Positions 18,849 to 29,042 of a stretch of DNA of 64,000 nt are shown here, one piece after another. Position numbers and translations under genes: made by a program. A model generated the notes under the pieces. That model did no database searches. It was not told the origin of the DNA and was given only the letters and a program-made list of their open reading frames with translations. Each line of letters starts with the position of its first letter. Positions within the stretch are counted from its first letter, which is position 1. This DNA comes from Planctomycetota bacterium. GTDB lineage: Bacteria > Planctomycetota > Brocadiia > JAADGH01. The DNA lies in the NCBI GenBank assembly GCA_040755855.1, contig JBFMAD010000004.1, positions 189,616-253,615 of the forward strand, given 5' to 3'.

Positions 18849-20189
18849 TCAATAGAGAATTTGGAGCGTTTTCTCTAAGGCGTCCAGGGTCCGATCCACG
18901 TCTTCCGCCGTGTGTTCCGACGAGACCCATCCCCTCGGACCGGGGAGATCAACCCCGTGGAGCAACATGCCGCACCGGAAGGCGTGGACCATATCCTTGT
19001 CCTTCTCTTTTTTCAGGTCATACTCCCACAGCCGTTTCGAGTCCGCCCCCGCTGCCCCCGCCGCCATGTGGAAAAAGGAGAAATCGCCGAACACAAGCCA
19101 GTCCAGGCCGAGTCGCTTGACGATATCCGCCATTCCGTTTCGGAGGGCCTCGGCAGCCTCATTTGCCTTTCGGATCGGCTCGCCGCCCTTGACCAATTCG
19201 AGCGTTGCTATCCCGGCAGCGGCGGACAGAGGGTTTGCGTTGTACGTTCCGGCATGGCTGATGCGCCGCCCGTCGCCGGAGCTATTGCTGAGGAGGCCCA
19301 TGATCTCCGCCCGGCCAACCACCGCCGCGCCGGGCAAGCCGCCGGCGAGGATCTTGCCGAGCGTGGCCAGATCGGGCGTCACGCCGAAGTGCTCCTGCGC
19401 CCCGCCGGGCGCGCAGCGGAAGCCCGTAATGACTTCATCGAAGATGAGGAGCGTTTCATGCTTGCTTGTCACGTCCCGAAGCTCGGCGAGAAAGCCCGGC
19501 TTCAGCGGCATCTGCCCATAGGACCCGCCGGTGGGTTCCAGGATCACGCACGCCACGTCCCCTGATCTCAAGGCTTGATCCACCTGTTCAATGTCGTTCG
19601 GCGGAATGATGATTAGATTATCAAGCTCACTCCTCGGTATCCCCGCCGGTTCCTGCTGTGTGAACGGCGGATCGGTGCAGACGGCCAGGCCGCTGTGCCA
19701 GCCGTGGAAGTGCCCCTCAAACTTGAGCGCCTTGTCCCGGCCCGTGAAGGCCCGGGCCAGACGCAGCGCCATGTGCGTCGCCTCGGTACCGGAGATTGTA
19801 AACCGAACGCGCTCGGCGCAGGGGATCATCTCGATCACCAGATCCGCCCATCGCACCTCTAACTCATGGCATGCGCCGGGGTGGGTGCTCCTCTCGAGTT
19901 GCTTCGCTACGGCCTCGATGACCTTCGGTCGCCGATGGCCGAGCAGGAGCGCCCCGTGGCCCATCCAATAATCAATCAACTCGTTCCCATCCACGTCCCA
20001 CTTGCGCGATCCCTGCGCGCGATCAACGTAGATGGGGAACGGCTTCAAGTATCGGCTTACGTGCGTCACCCCGGCGGGAAACGCACCGACGGCCCTTTGG
20101 TAAAGGCCCTCGGAAGTGGGGAACTTGGCGCGGTACTTCTCGATGAGTTTAGTGCGTTTGATTTCCATCACGTCAGACGTCAAAGGCAA
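18849..20189 (-). CDS. Class III PLP aminotransferase (glutamate-1-semialdehyde aminomutase-like)
   Basis: WDVDGNELIDY, SGTEAT, FEGHFHG, FDEVITGFR, PDLATLGKILAGG, HAGTYNANP. Confidence 0.85.
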   Translation of the reverse strand: MPLTSDVMEIKRTKLIEKYRAKFPTSEGLYQRAVGAFPAGVTHVSRYLKPFPIYVDRAQGSRKWDVDGNELIDYWMGHGALLLGHRRPKVIEAVAKQLERSTHPGACHELEVRWADLVIEMIPCAERVRFTISGTEATHMALRLARAFTGRDKALKFEGHFHGWHSGLAVCTDPPFTQQEPAGIPRSELDNLIIIPPNDIEQVDQALRSGDVACVILEPTGGSYGQMPLKPGFLAELRDVTSKHETLLIFDEVITGFRCAPGGAQEHFGVTPDLATLGKILAGGLPGAAVVGRAEIMGLLSNSSGDGRRISHAGTYNANPLSAAAGIATLELVKGGEPIRKANEAAEALRNGMADIVKRLGLDWLVFGDFSFFHMAAGAAGADSKRLWEYDLKKEKDKDMVHAFRCGMLLHGVDLPGPRGWVSSEHTAEDVDRTLDALEKTLQILY

Positions 20190-20209
20190 TTCCCTTCATG
20201 AAACACGAG

Positions 20210-21352
20210 TCAGATATTGTCCAGGGGCTCCCGCTCCGGCGGACAGCCGGGGAGGTATCGCCCCTTGTCCTTGAACTTCTTCACACAGCTTCCGATGACA
20301 ATGAAATCGCTGCGGTCCTCGGGGACGGCATAGACATTCTGGCCATACACAATCGTGCGCCCTCGGATGCAGTCCAGCTCCCCCTTCTGCTCAAGGTCCA
20401 TCAACCATTCCGTCACCCTCTGCCGGCAGCCGCTGCACGCCCCAGCCTCAACGACGGCCACATCATGCCGTCTCAGCGCCGCTTCGTCAAGTCTTATCCT
20501 TCGGAAGGGGCGGCGGACGTCCTCGATGGTCTCGCCCACGACACAGATTTCGGACAGCTCCCCGCACCCCAGTCCCTGCTCCGCAGCGAGGCCGATGTAG
20601 GGGACCTCCTCCGGCAGGACACCCGCGATGTGCGCCATCACCACATCGGCTGCGACGGTGTCGGTGGATGCTACGAGCAGACCTAAGCCCACCGGCGCGC
20701 CCCTGGTGGGGCCGGTCCCCTCGTGGGCGATGGTTCCGTCGAAGATCGTAAGTTCCGGCAGGACCACCTTTTGCAGATCAACGATCCCCTGGGCAAGGCC
20801 CCATTTGTGGAAGCGGCGCTTATCGCGCGGGTGGATCACGCCCTTCATGTTTTTCAGGCCGAGGGTGAGAGGGAACACGTCGTGCGTCTTCGGCACGGGC
20901 AGGTTGATGACGACCGACGCCTCCAACACCGGCTTCGCAATGCGGAGTTTTCGGAACACAACGCCGTTGGGGATCGGCGTGAGGACGAACTCGCCCTTGT
21001 GCAGGTCGAGCATCTCGACGCCGATGGGTCCGAGCACGTCGCGATACCCGGCCGCCTCGAAGGCCCCCGTCGCCGTGTGCCCCACGGCCGCGCCGTCGGC
21101 GACGATGACCTTCGCCGCCCCCGCTTCTCTCGCCATCTCAGCAACTACCTTGACGACGTGCGGATTGGTGACGACGCCGGTCTGATACGGCTTCTCCGAA
21201 ATGAGGTTCGGCTTCAGGAGGACCGTGTCGCCGGGGCAGATGATGCTCTCGAGACCGTCAATGAGCATGAGACATTCGGCCATTGCCTCTCGGATGACGG
21301 CCTCGTCGTCGGGGATGGGGCAGCGGATAATGGATACGACAGGATTACGCAT
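20210..21352 (-). CDS. DUF362 domain Fe-S protein
   Basis: VLLKPNL, VTNP, INLPVPKTH, TLGLKNMKG, EGTGP, ACSGC...IGSC...PGCPP. Confidence 0.85.
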   Translation of the reverse strand: MRNPVVSIIRCPIPDDEAVIREAMAECLMLIDGLESIICPGDTVLLKPNLISEKPYQTGVVTNPHVVKVVAEMAREAGAAKVIVADGAAVGHTATGAFEAAGYRDVLGPIGVEMLDLHKGEFVLTPIPNGVVFRKLRIAKPVLEASVVINLPVPKTHDVFPLTLGLKNMKGVIHPRDKRRFHKWGLAQGIVDLQKVVLPELTIFDGTIAHEGTGPTRGAPVGLGLLVASTDTVAADVVMAHIAGVLPEEVPYIGLAAEQGLGCGELSEICVVGETIEDVRRPFRRIRLDEAALRRHDVAVVEAGACSGCRQRVTEWLMDLEQKGELDCIRGRTIVYGQNVYAVPEDRSDFIVIGSCVKKFKDKGRYLPGCPPEREPLDNI

Positions 21353-21391
21353 TGACGAAACATCCCAGGCGGGCATCACCTTTTTGGGGGA

Positions 21392-21496
21392 AGTATAGCA
21401 CGAACCAACCGATATGTCAATCGCGCTGCGCCCGAGTGCCGTCCCGGCAAGGCGGAGTGAAGTCGCTTGACATGTTGTTTGGGCGGTCGTTATAAT
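21392..21496. promoter_or_regulatory. Back-to-back sigma70 promoters
   Basis: Minus: TTGACA (21420-21415)-N17-TATACT with TG extension; plus: TTGACA (21467)-N18-TATAAT (21491). Confidence 0.8.
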
Positions 21497-21611
21497 TCAC
21501 TTCCGACAGATGGGGCAGATGCCGCTTTGATGGGGCTGACGCCGCTTTTCGGTACGGTTCGACACTGTGGGGCCGGAACAGTCTCGAGCAGGAATCGGAA
21601 AGGAGAGCGAC

Positions 21612-23576
21612 ATGGCGGGCAAAGAAGAACTGGGCCGCAGCGAGATTGAGGACTTGCTGGCGGAGAAGCGTCGCTTCAATCCGTCGGACGACTTCAAGAG
21701 GACGGCCCAGATGACGGACCCCGCCGTCCGCGAGGCGTCGTGGGCCGAGCCGGAGAAGTTCTGGGAAAGGGCGGCGGAGGAGCTGGATTGGTTCCGGCGG
21801 TGGGATCGCGTGCTGGAGTGGAACCCGCCCCATGCGAAGTGGTTCGTCGGGGGCAAAATCAACGCGAGCTACAACTGCTGCGATCGCCACATCAAGGCCG
21901 GCCTGCGCAACAAGGCCGCTCTCATCTGGGAGGGGGAGCCGGGCGACACCCGCGTCCTGACCTACTGGGACCTCTACCGGGAGGTCAACATCTTTGCCAA
22001 CGCCCTAAAGTCGCTCGGGGTCGGGAAGGGCGACCGGGTGGCCATCTACCTGCCGATGATCCCGGAGGCGGTGATCGCCATGTTGGCCTGCGCCCGCATC
22101 GGGGCGATCCACTCGGTGGTCTTCGGCGGGTTCAGCGCCGAGGCGCTGCGGGATCGCATCAACGACGCCGGGGCGAAGGTGCTCATCACCGCCGACGGCG
22201 GCTACCGCCGCGGCCAGATTATCCCGCTAAAGCACGATTCGGACTATGCGGTCAAGGATACCCCCTCCATTGAGCATGTCGTTATCATCAAGCGCGGCAA
22301 CTTTCCCCTGCGCGTGAAGGAGGGACGGGACCACTGGTACCACCGCCTGGTCCAGGACGCCAAGCTCTATTGCGAGCCTGAGCCCTGCGACAGCGAGGAC
22401 GCGCTCTATATCCTTTACACCTCGGGGACCACGGGCAAGCCGAAGGGCATCGTCCACACCACGGGCGGGTATCTGGTGGGAACGCACACAACGACGAAGC
22501 AGGTCTTCGACCTCCGCCCGGATGATGTCTTCTGGTGCACGGCGGACATCGGATGGGTGACGGGGCATTCCTACATCGTCTATGGGCCGCTGGCCGCCGG
22601 GGCGACGTGCGTCATGTACGAGGGCGCGCCGGACTGGCCGGATCGGGACCGGTTCTGGGCGATGATCGAGAAGTACGGCGTCAGCGTCTTCTACACGGCG
22701 CCAACGGCCATCCGCGCCTTCATGAAGTGGGGGACTGAATGGCCCGCGAAGCGTAACCTGGACACGCTCCGTCTTCTGGGCACGGTCGGCGAGCCCATCA
22801 ACCCCGAGGCGTGGACGTGGTATCACAAGCACATCGGCAGGGAACGGTGTCCGATCGTCGATACGTGGTGGCAGACCGAGACGGGCATGATCCTGATCAC
22901 CACGCTTCCCGGGATTGACTACATGAAGCCAGGCAGCGCGGGCCTGCCTGTGCCGGGCACGCGAGCGGCCATCTACAACGCGGCGAAGGAAGAGATCCAG
23001 ACCGGCGGCGGCCTCCTGGCCATCACTTATCCCTGGCCGGCGATGCTGCGCGGCATCTGGGGAGACCCCGAGCGCTATGTGGAGCAATACTGGTCCAAAT
23101 GGGATAAGGCGACCTATTTCACAGCCGACGGGGCCAAGCGCGCGGAGGACGGGTATTTCACCCTCCTGGGGCGGGTGGACGACGTGCTGAACGTGTCGGG
23201 CCACCGCATCGGCACGATGGAGGTGGAGAGCGCGCTGGTGGATCATCCCAGCGTGGCGGAGGCGGCGGTCATCGGCATTGCGCACGACATCAAGGGCCAG
23301 GCCATCGTGGCGTTCGTGACGCTCAAGGAGGGGACCATGCTTTCCCACGGCATGGAAGGGGAACTCAGAGAATATGTGGCGCGCAAGATCGGCTCCATCG
23401 CAAGGCCGGAGAAAGTTATCTTCAGCGCGGACCTTCCGAAGACGCGCAGCGGCAAGATAATGCGCCGGCTCCTGCGCGATATAGGCGAGGGGAAGATACT
23501 CGGCGACACAACGACCCTGGCCGATGCAACCATCGTCGAGAAACTCAAACGTCAGTACGAAGAACAAGAGGAGTGA
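21612..23576 (+). CDS. acs: Acetyl-CoA synthetase (AMP-forming)
   Basis: [68 protein letters not shown]. Confidence 0.97.
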   Translation: MAGKEELGRSEIEDLLAEKRRFNPSDDFKRTAQMTDPAVREASWAEPEKFWERAAEELDWFRRWDRVLEWNPPHAKWFVGGKINASYNCCDRHIKAGLRNKAALIWEGEPGDTRVLTYWDLYREVNIFANALKSLGVGKGDRVAIYLPMIPEAVIAMLACARIGAIHSVVFGGFSAEALRDRINDAGAKVLITADGGYRRGQIIPLKHDSDYAVKDTPSIEHVVIIKRGNFPLRVKEGRDHWYHRLVQDAKLYCEPEPCDSEDALYILYTSGTTGKPKGIVHTTGGYLVGTHTTTKQVFDLRPDDVFWCTADIGWVTGHSYIVYGPLAAGATCVMYEGAPDWPDRDRFWAMIEKYGVSVFYTAPTAIRAFMKWGTEWPAKRNLDTLRLLGTVGEPINPEAWTWYHKHIGRERCPIVDTWWQTETGMILITTLPGIDYMKPGSAGLPVPGTRAAIYNAAKEEIQTGGGLLAITYPWPAMLRGIWGDPERYVEQYWSKWDKATYFTADGAKRAEDGYFTLLGRVDDVLNVSGHRIGTMEVESALVDHPSVAEAAVIGIAHDIKGQAIVAFVTLKEGTMLSHGMEGELREYVARKIGSIARPEKVIFSADLPKTRSGKIMRRLLRDIGEGKILGDTTTLADATIVEKLKRQYEEQEE

Positions 23577-23579
23577 CGC

Positions 23580-26159
23580 TCAGCGCAGGGCGCCGGCGAG
23601 ATCATCGGGCGCGCACTCAGCGATCACATAGACCGGCATGCGACCCAGAGCGGTCGCGCCGTTTTCCACCGGCTGCTCGTTCCCCATGATGTCGCGCACA
23701 CGTGCCTTTTCCACCGCAATCGAGACCGGGACTGTCTTGCCCATTGGAACATTGTTGGCGAACAACACGGCAATCGCCTTCCCATCGTGAGCGGCAAAGA
23801 CGTAGGCCTCGACCTGCTTCGACGCCTCGACGCGTTTGTGAAACTTCGATCCGTCCAGCAGCGACACCGCCACAACATAGGCCACGCCGAAGGGCCGGAG
23901 GGAGCCGTCGTACTCGAAGATGCTCATTGCGGGAAGCCGGGGCAGAAGGCCCTCCTCGTACACGCTCCAGTATTGGAAGTACTTTTCCGCGCCGCCGGCC
24001 AGCGCAAGAACGTAATAACGAACCGTGAGGGCTGCAACCTGATCCCAGGGATTCGCACTCAGCCAACGGACGTAGGAATCCAGGTATTCATCGTCCATGT
24101 TCGTGTAGAACGATTCCGACGTGTCGCCGGTTTCGGTGTTCCAGATCGGCAGGGGCGGCCTTCGGGACTGGCCGGCGAACTCCGTGATGCGTCCGTAGGC
24201 GGGGAAGCCGACCATTCCGTAACCGTGATAGGAGAAGATGTCCACGCCGTTCAGCCCGCCGGCGGCGATGACCTTCTTCGTCCACTCCGGCACGTGCCCG
24301 CAAGTACATGGGCCGAGGAGCGTGCAGTTCGGGTCGGTCTCCTTCACCGCCTTGACGGTGGCCTGGGCGAGCTGGGCGTACTGCTCCGGTGTTCCCCTGA
24401 AGAAGCCGCTGCCGTAGGGCTCGTTCCAGATTTCCCAATGATGAATCCGGTCTTTGTAATGGCTGACGACTGTCTTCACATAGTTCCTATACTCGTCCAT
24501 GTTGCGCGGCGGGAAGAGGCGCTTTTCATGGCCGGGGGTTTCCTGCGGGGCGGAGCTGGCCCACTCCGGCACGCGAAGGAACTCGCCAAGAATCTCGACG
24601 CCGTGTTTCTTGACCAAATCAACTTCCTCGTCAAACCACCGGAACGTGCCCTTCTCCGGCTCGGCGGTCTGCCAGTGGGTGACGGTTGATGCGTCGTGGA
24701 TGCGCGTCCACTTGATGCCCGTGCGGTTGGCGACCTGCATGTGGAACTCATCCAGGCGGAAATGCCCGCCGACGTTCGATTCGATCGCGGGGGTGGGGTT
24801 CACCGGCGGCAGCACACTGAAGCAGAGGGCGGCAAGGGCCTCCTGCTCGCCACGCCGCGTCAGTTCCGCCCGATACACACCCATCTTGTCGCCGGAGAGG
24901 GTAACGGCTGTGGTCAGCGTCGCCTTCTCCTGCACGCTAATCACGATAGGCGCTTGCGCTACCTCCTCGTTCCAGAAATTCATGACGCGGCAGACCATAT
25001 CATGGTTCGCTGGCGCGTCCGAATCGTTGTGGGCATCGAGGGTAATCTTGACCGGCTCCCCCTGGCGAAAGATGTTCGCGGTCTTCTCTGCGGACAGGGT
25101 GTACTCAATCGGCGCCGCGGCGGAATAGGGCTGGACCGCGCCGCCTGCCCGCAGGCACAACCCATCGAGCCAGAGCACGCCGTCCTCGGCAGGGGGAAGA
25201 ATGATGCGGAGATAGAAGTACCCGTTCAAGGACGGCAGGATTTTCTCGGCGACCGAATGCCGCTTCCATTCCGGCGCAGGCGCCGCCGTCAACGGAATCT
25301 GGGGCCGTTGGCCGGTAATGACCACCCCCGGCATCAGGGCGATTTGAACATCGCCGCTGAGGCCCCGGCCCTTTATGGACGCGGACAGCGTGAACTCCCG
25401 CCCGCCCGTGGCGAACTTCATCAGCCGCGACCGAATCTGGCATCCCGCCCCGGACCATTTCACCCGAAGGCTTTTCGAGCCGACGGCCGCATCGTCATCG
25501 AGGACGCCTTCGCCGTTCACCACCCGCCAGTCGCGCCAAGGGCATATCTCGAAGCTGCTGTTGGGGATCACATTGTGCGTCGGGGGCGTTCCCGACTCAA
25601 TCACCTCCGCCGGGTCGGTCTCAATAACGGAGACGTCGTCGAGCCAGATCGTCCCCCCGCCGGCGGGCTGGAAGTGGACAAAGAAGCCCGCTCGGTCCTC
25701 GTCGCTGAGAGAGATGCCCTCGAAGGTGAAGCGCTGCCACTCGGCGCTGGGGGTAAACTCCCTCCCTACCAGTCGGGTATAGGGCGGCGGCCCGCGGCGC
25801 AGAAGCGCGGCAACCCTCTCCACGCCCCCTTCCGCCCGGAGCCAGAAGGAACATCGGTAGAACCGGCCTTTCCTCACCGAAAGCGGCGAGAGGAACTGCA
25901 CCGCGCCGCCGTCGAACGACGTGCACTGCACCTTGAGCGCGGACTTGCCGCCGTGGACGTTGCCGGTCTCCTCGCTGAAGACCGTCTCATTGATCCCGTA
26001 GCAGTTCTTCTGCCACCCTTTCGGCATGCCGTTGGAGAACAGCCCCTCCAAGCCGCCGTTCTCGATGAGTTCCTTCTCCTGGGCGAGCACAATCGCGGAA
26101 ACACAGACCAGAAGCGCACAGACGGCTGCCATTCGCATGGCCGACCTCCCTCGTATCAT
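23580..26159 (-). CDS. Secreted clan GH-A glycoside hydrolase with two N-terminal CBM4/9-like modules
   Basis: Signal peptide; LIENGGLE and VIPNSSFE CBM starts; WEIWNEP, SYHGY, IWNTETG. Confidence 0.75.
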   Translation of the reverse strand: MIRGRSAMRMAAVCALLVCVSAIVLAQEKELIENGGLEGLFSNGMPKGWQKNCYGINETVFSEETGNVHGGKSALKVQCTSFDGGAVQFLSPLSVRKGRFYRCSFWLRAEGGVERVAALLRRGPPPYTRLVGREFTPSAEWQRFTFEGISLSDEDRAGFFVHFQPAGGGTIWLDDVSVIETDPAEVIESGTPPTHNVIPNSSFEICPWRDWRVVNGEGVLDDDAAVGSKSLRVKWSGAGCQIRSRLMKFATGGREFTLSASIKGRGLSGDVQIALMPGVVITGQRPQIPLTAAPAPEWKRHSVAEKILPSLNGYFYLRIILPPAEDGVLWLDGLCLRAGGAVQPYSAAAPIEYTLSAEKTANIFRQGEPVKITLDAHNDSDAPANHDMVCRVMNFWNEEVAQAPIVISVQEKATLTTAVTLSGDKMGVYRAELTRRGEQEALAALCFSVLPPVNPTPAIESNVGGHFRLDEFHMQVANRTGIKWTRIHDASTVTHWQTAEPEKGTFRWFDEEVDLVKKHGVEILGEFLRVPEWASSAPQETPGHEKRLFPPRNMDEYRNYVKTVVSHYKDRIHHWEIWNEPYGSGFFRGTPEQYAQLAQATVKAVKETDPNCTLLGPCTCGHVPEWTKKVIAAGGLNGVDIFSYHGYGMVGFPAYGRITEFAGQSRRPPLPIWNTETGDTSESFYTNMDDEYLDSYVRWLSANPWDQVAALTVRYYVLALAGGAEKYFQYWSVYEEGLLPRLPAMSIFEYDGSLRPFGVAYVVAVSLLDGSKFHKRVEASKQVEAYVFAAHDGKAIAVLFANNVPMGKTVPVSIAVEKARVRDIMGNEQPVENGATALGRMPVYVIAECAPDDLAGALR

Positions 26160-26167
26160 CTATGGTA

Positions 26168-26899
26168 TTAGCGATCCCTCTTGAAACGAGGGCGGAGTTT
26201 CCGAAGGACGTGTCGAACCATATGGACGATGCTCCCACCTCGATGGACGATGGGCTCGGCGTCTTCTGGCGGTGTTCCTTTGGGGCTTAATTTGTAAAAA
26301 CAGGCAAGGCCGGTGGATCCATATTGAACGCTCAAGTAGAGATCTTCCTCGTTGGCATAGTAGAACGATTGCAGATATTCAAGAATCTCGTCCAGCGCCA
26401 GCTCGGTCCCATAGTTGTCCTTTCGGCTGCCGGTCCGATAAGGGTGAGAGTCCACATCGTGGGCAAAAATCCACGACTTGGCGTTCATATAGGGATACCA
26501 TCCTTCGAGCTCTTTTTTCACGTGCTCCCATTTGTGCAGGCTATCAATGTAGAGTATGTCAATACCTTCTTTGAGGTGGGGAGCCTGGGAGAGAATGAAC
26601 TCGATATTCGTGCTGTCGGATCGGACAAACTGACACCGGCTCGAGTCCGTGATATCCGAACGATCCACGATGTCAACGGACACCAGCCGGCCATCCTTTT
26701 CTTCGCAGGCTTGCAGGAACACCGTCGTGGACTGACCGCTGCCGGTCCCCAGTTCCAGGATGACAGGGCGGATCTTCTCCGCCGCTTTTCTGTACATCAC
26801 CATCAGATTCGCCGCAATCTTCCCCTCAAGGGTCGGCGTGTACTCGCTATATGCGAAGTCTCCAAAACTATGGTATTTCGTTTTGGTCATCGGTTCCAC
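26168..26899 (-). CDS. Class I SAM-dependent methyltransferase (Methyltransf_24-like)
   Basis: ILELGTGSGQST, LVSVD, IDILYIDSLH, FAHD. Confidence 0.8.
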   Translation of the reverse strand: MEPMTKTKYHSFGDFAYSEYTPTLEGKIAANLMVMYRKAAEKIRPVILELGTGSGQSTTVFLQACEEKDGRLVSVDIVDRSDITDSSRCQFVRSDSTNIEFILSQAPHLKEGIDILYIDSLHKWEHVKKELEGWYPYMNAKSWIFAHDVDSHPYRTGSRKDNYGTELALDEILEYLQSFYYANEEDLYLSVQYGSTGLACFYKLSPKGTPPEDAEPIVHRGGSIVHMVRHVLRKLRPRFKRDR

Positions 26900-26919
26900 C
26901 TCCGGTTTGGGCGCATCCG

Positions 26920-27642
26920 CTATCGTCCGACGTAGAGGCGTTCGGCGTTGAAGTCCGGCAGGCCGGCCTTGCGAATCTTCTCGGCGGCTTTATCAATATC
27001 GTATTCGACGCGAAAGATTCGAACGACCTCCGCCCCTGCGTCATAGATGGCGTAAGCCGCAAGCGGATTCTGGTCTCGGGGCTGCCCCACGCTGCCGACA
27101 TTCACCAGGGCCTTCTGGCCCGGCATGAGCTTGATGTGGTTATCGAGCGTGTAGATGATCGGGTTCACGTCGAAGAACGTAACGGGGACGTGGGAGTGTC
27201 CGAGGAAACAGACGCGGTTGTCGAGCTTTTCGAAGGAAAGCTGCGCGTCGTAGATGGTCTGGATGTAATCAAAGTACTCCGGCGAGTGAAGCGTGCCGTG
27301 TGCGAGGGTGAAATCCTCGTGCTCCACGGTGAGGGGGAGGCTGTCCAGCCAGTCCAGGTCGCCCTTGCTAAGGTGCTCCTTGGTCCAGAGGACGGACCGG
27401 AGGGCGTCGGGGTTAAAACAGCTGACGTCGGTCTTGCCCAGGACGGCGTAGTCGTGGTTTCCTGCGACTACGTGGCAGTCGAGATCGCGGATGCGTTGGA
27501 CGCAGGCGGAGGGTTCGGCGGCATACCCGACGATATCGCCGACGCAGGCAATCTCATCCACCTTCTCTTTCTCGATGCAGTCGAGCACGACGTCGAGCGC
27601 ATCGAGGTTCCCGTGTATATCGCCCAGGATTGCGTATTTCAA
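26920..27642 (-). CDS. Metallophosphoesterase family protein
   Basis: GDIHGN, GDIVGY, GNHD, GHSHVP, NVGSVGQPRD. Confidence 0.9.
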   Translation of the reverse strand: MKYAILGDIHGNLDALDVVLDCIEKEKVDEIACVGDIVGYAAEPSACVQRIRDLDCHVVAGNHDYAVLGKTDVSCFNPDALRSVLWTKEHLSKGDLDWLDSLPLTVEHEDFTLAHGTLHSPEYFDYIQTIYDAQLSFEKLDNRVCFLGHSHVPVTFFDVNPIIYTLDNHIKLMPGQKALVNVGSVGQPRDQNPLAAYAIYDAGAEVVRIFRVEYDIDKAAEKIRKAGLPDFNAERLYVGR

Positions 27643-27671
27643 GTAATTTTCCTATGTGTCCGTCTCTGCGC

Positions 27672-28430
27672 TCACATCAGTTCTCTTCGTTCGAAGAGCA
27701 GCACGGCGGCGCCAAGCACAAGGGCCGAGTAAAGCCCGGCGTAAACCACGCAGGCCAGAAAATAGAGGGACGAAACAGCCGACGCGCTGTGCGCGAAGCT
27801 GAAATTCGACAGATTCGGCAAGGAAAGAAAGAGACATCTCAGGATGATGCGCGCCGTGGCGCTCGACTGCCCTGCCAGCCCCTGGAGGCCGCCGGCGAGG
27901 TTGCCAACCACATAAAGGATCAAGCACACCACCACGTTCGCCGCCATCGGGAATCGGATGGACACCGCCACCGAGACGGCCGAGAGCACCGCCACCTGCA
28001 GGAACGAGAACACCGCTGCCTGGAAAAACCACGGCGCAATTTGTTTGCGGACCGCCACGTAGGAGAGGAACAAAACCAACGTAAGCACAACCACCACGAT
28101 CAGCCCCGATGCAATGATCCCCACATATTTCCCCAGGATGAACTCCATGCGCGAGACCGGTTTGCACAGGACGGTCAGCGCCGTTCGCCGGTCAATCTCC
28201 TCGGCAATTGAGGTGGAGGCGGAGAAGATGGCGGCCAGGAGGCCGGAAAGGGCCACCGTGGCGACACCCATGTCGCGAATCATCTTGTCGGTGTTATGCT
28301 CGGAGAAGGTGAAGAGCGTCATGGGATATGAGACAAGGATAAGGGCCGCGCCCACTCCGATTAGCACATAGAAGATCGGCTGCCTTACGGCGCTCGAGAG
28401 GGTATTTCCGGCTATGTTGGGAAGTCGCAT
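27672..28430 (-). CDS. ABC-2 type transporter permease
   Basis: Multiple TM helices; EEIDRRTALTVLCKPVSRMEFILGKY; C-terminal FERREL. Confidence 0.85.
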   Translation of the reverse strand: MRLPNIAGNTLSSAVRQPIFYVLIGVGAALILVSYPMTLFTFSEHNTDKMIRDMGVATVALSGLLAAIFSASTSIAEEIDRRTALTVLCKPVSRMEFILGKYVGIIASGLIVVVVLTLVLFLSYVAVRKQIAPWFFQAAVFSFLQVAVLSAVSVAVSIRFPMAANVVVCLILYVVGNLAGGLQGLAGQSSATARIILRCLFLSLPNLSNFSFAHSASAVSSLYFLACVVYAGLYSALVLGAAVLLFERRELM

Positions 28431-28431
28431 G

Positions 28432-28716
28432 TCAGTATCTTATGTCAAACGCGCTGAACTCACCGGTCGCAGGCAGCCAGCTCACATCGGTTTGCTGGAC
28501 GTAGCGGCCCATCCGTTGCCGCACACCGGCCAGCAGCCCCTCCAGCTCGCGCCGGTCCCCTTCGGCCACCAGTTCCACCCTCCCGTCGGGGAGATTCCTG
28601 ACGAAGCCGAGGACCTCATAACCGCGAGCCACATGAATCGTTGTGAAACGAAAGCCCACGCCTTGCACCCGGCCGGAGAAGTAAACGCAAAGACGTTGTT
28701 TCTCCTGCTCCGACAT
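28432..28716 (-). CDS. acyP: Acylphosphatase
   Basis: [27 protein letters not shown]. Confidence 0.93.
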   Translation of the reverse strand: MSEQEKQRLCVYFSGRVQGVGFRFTTIHVARGYEVLGFVRNLPDGRVELVAEGDRRELEGLLAGVRQRMGRYVQQTDVSWLPATGEFSAFDIRY

Positions 28717-29042
28717 CGCGCCAGTTTCACAGCTTTTTAGTGATGATAGACATAACCCATGCCATGTTGCCAAGACCTTTTTCTTAACATAAAGCAGAAT
28801 ATCCATGCAACAAAAAAACGCGGCCTAAAGTAATCCCTTCATTGTTGCGGGCTTGCAGGGGAATCCCGCCAATCCGATCCCCGCGAAGATGCGTAGGGAG
28901 TGCGACACAGCGCCGAGCGGCCGCTTCGCAGATTTTTTTTGGATTCCTTGATTTTCAGAGAAAGTTGGTATATAATGCGCTATGATGTATATGCAGCGTA
29001 ATCGGAACACGATGTGAGTCCGAGTCCGCCAAGGTATACACT

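Noticed and set aside
18849..20189. Assigning hemL
   Set aside because: Class III aminotransferase is clear, but there is no tetrapyrrole context and HemL-like paralogs are common
28717..29042. Possible ncRNA/tRNA in the long AT-rich spacer
   Set aside because: No cloverleaf or recognisable structure; consistent with divergent promoters
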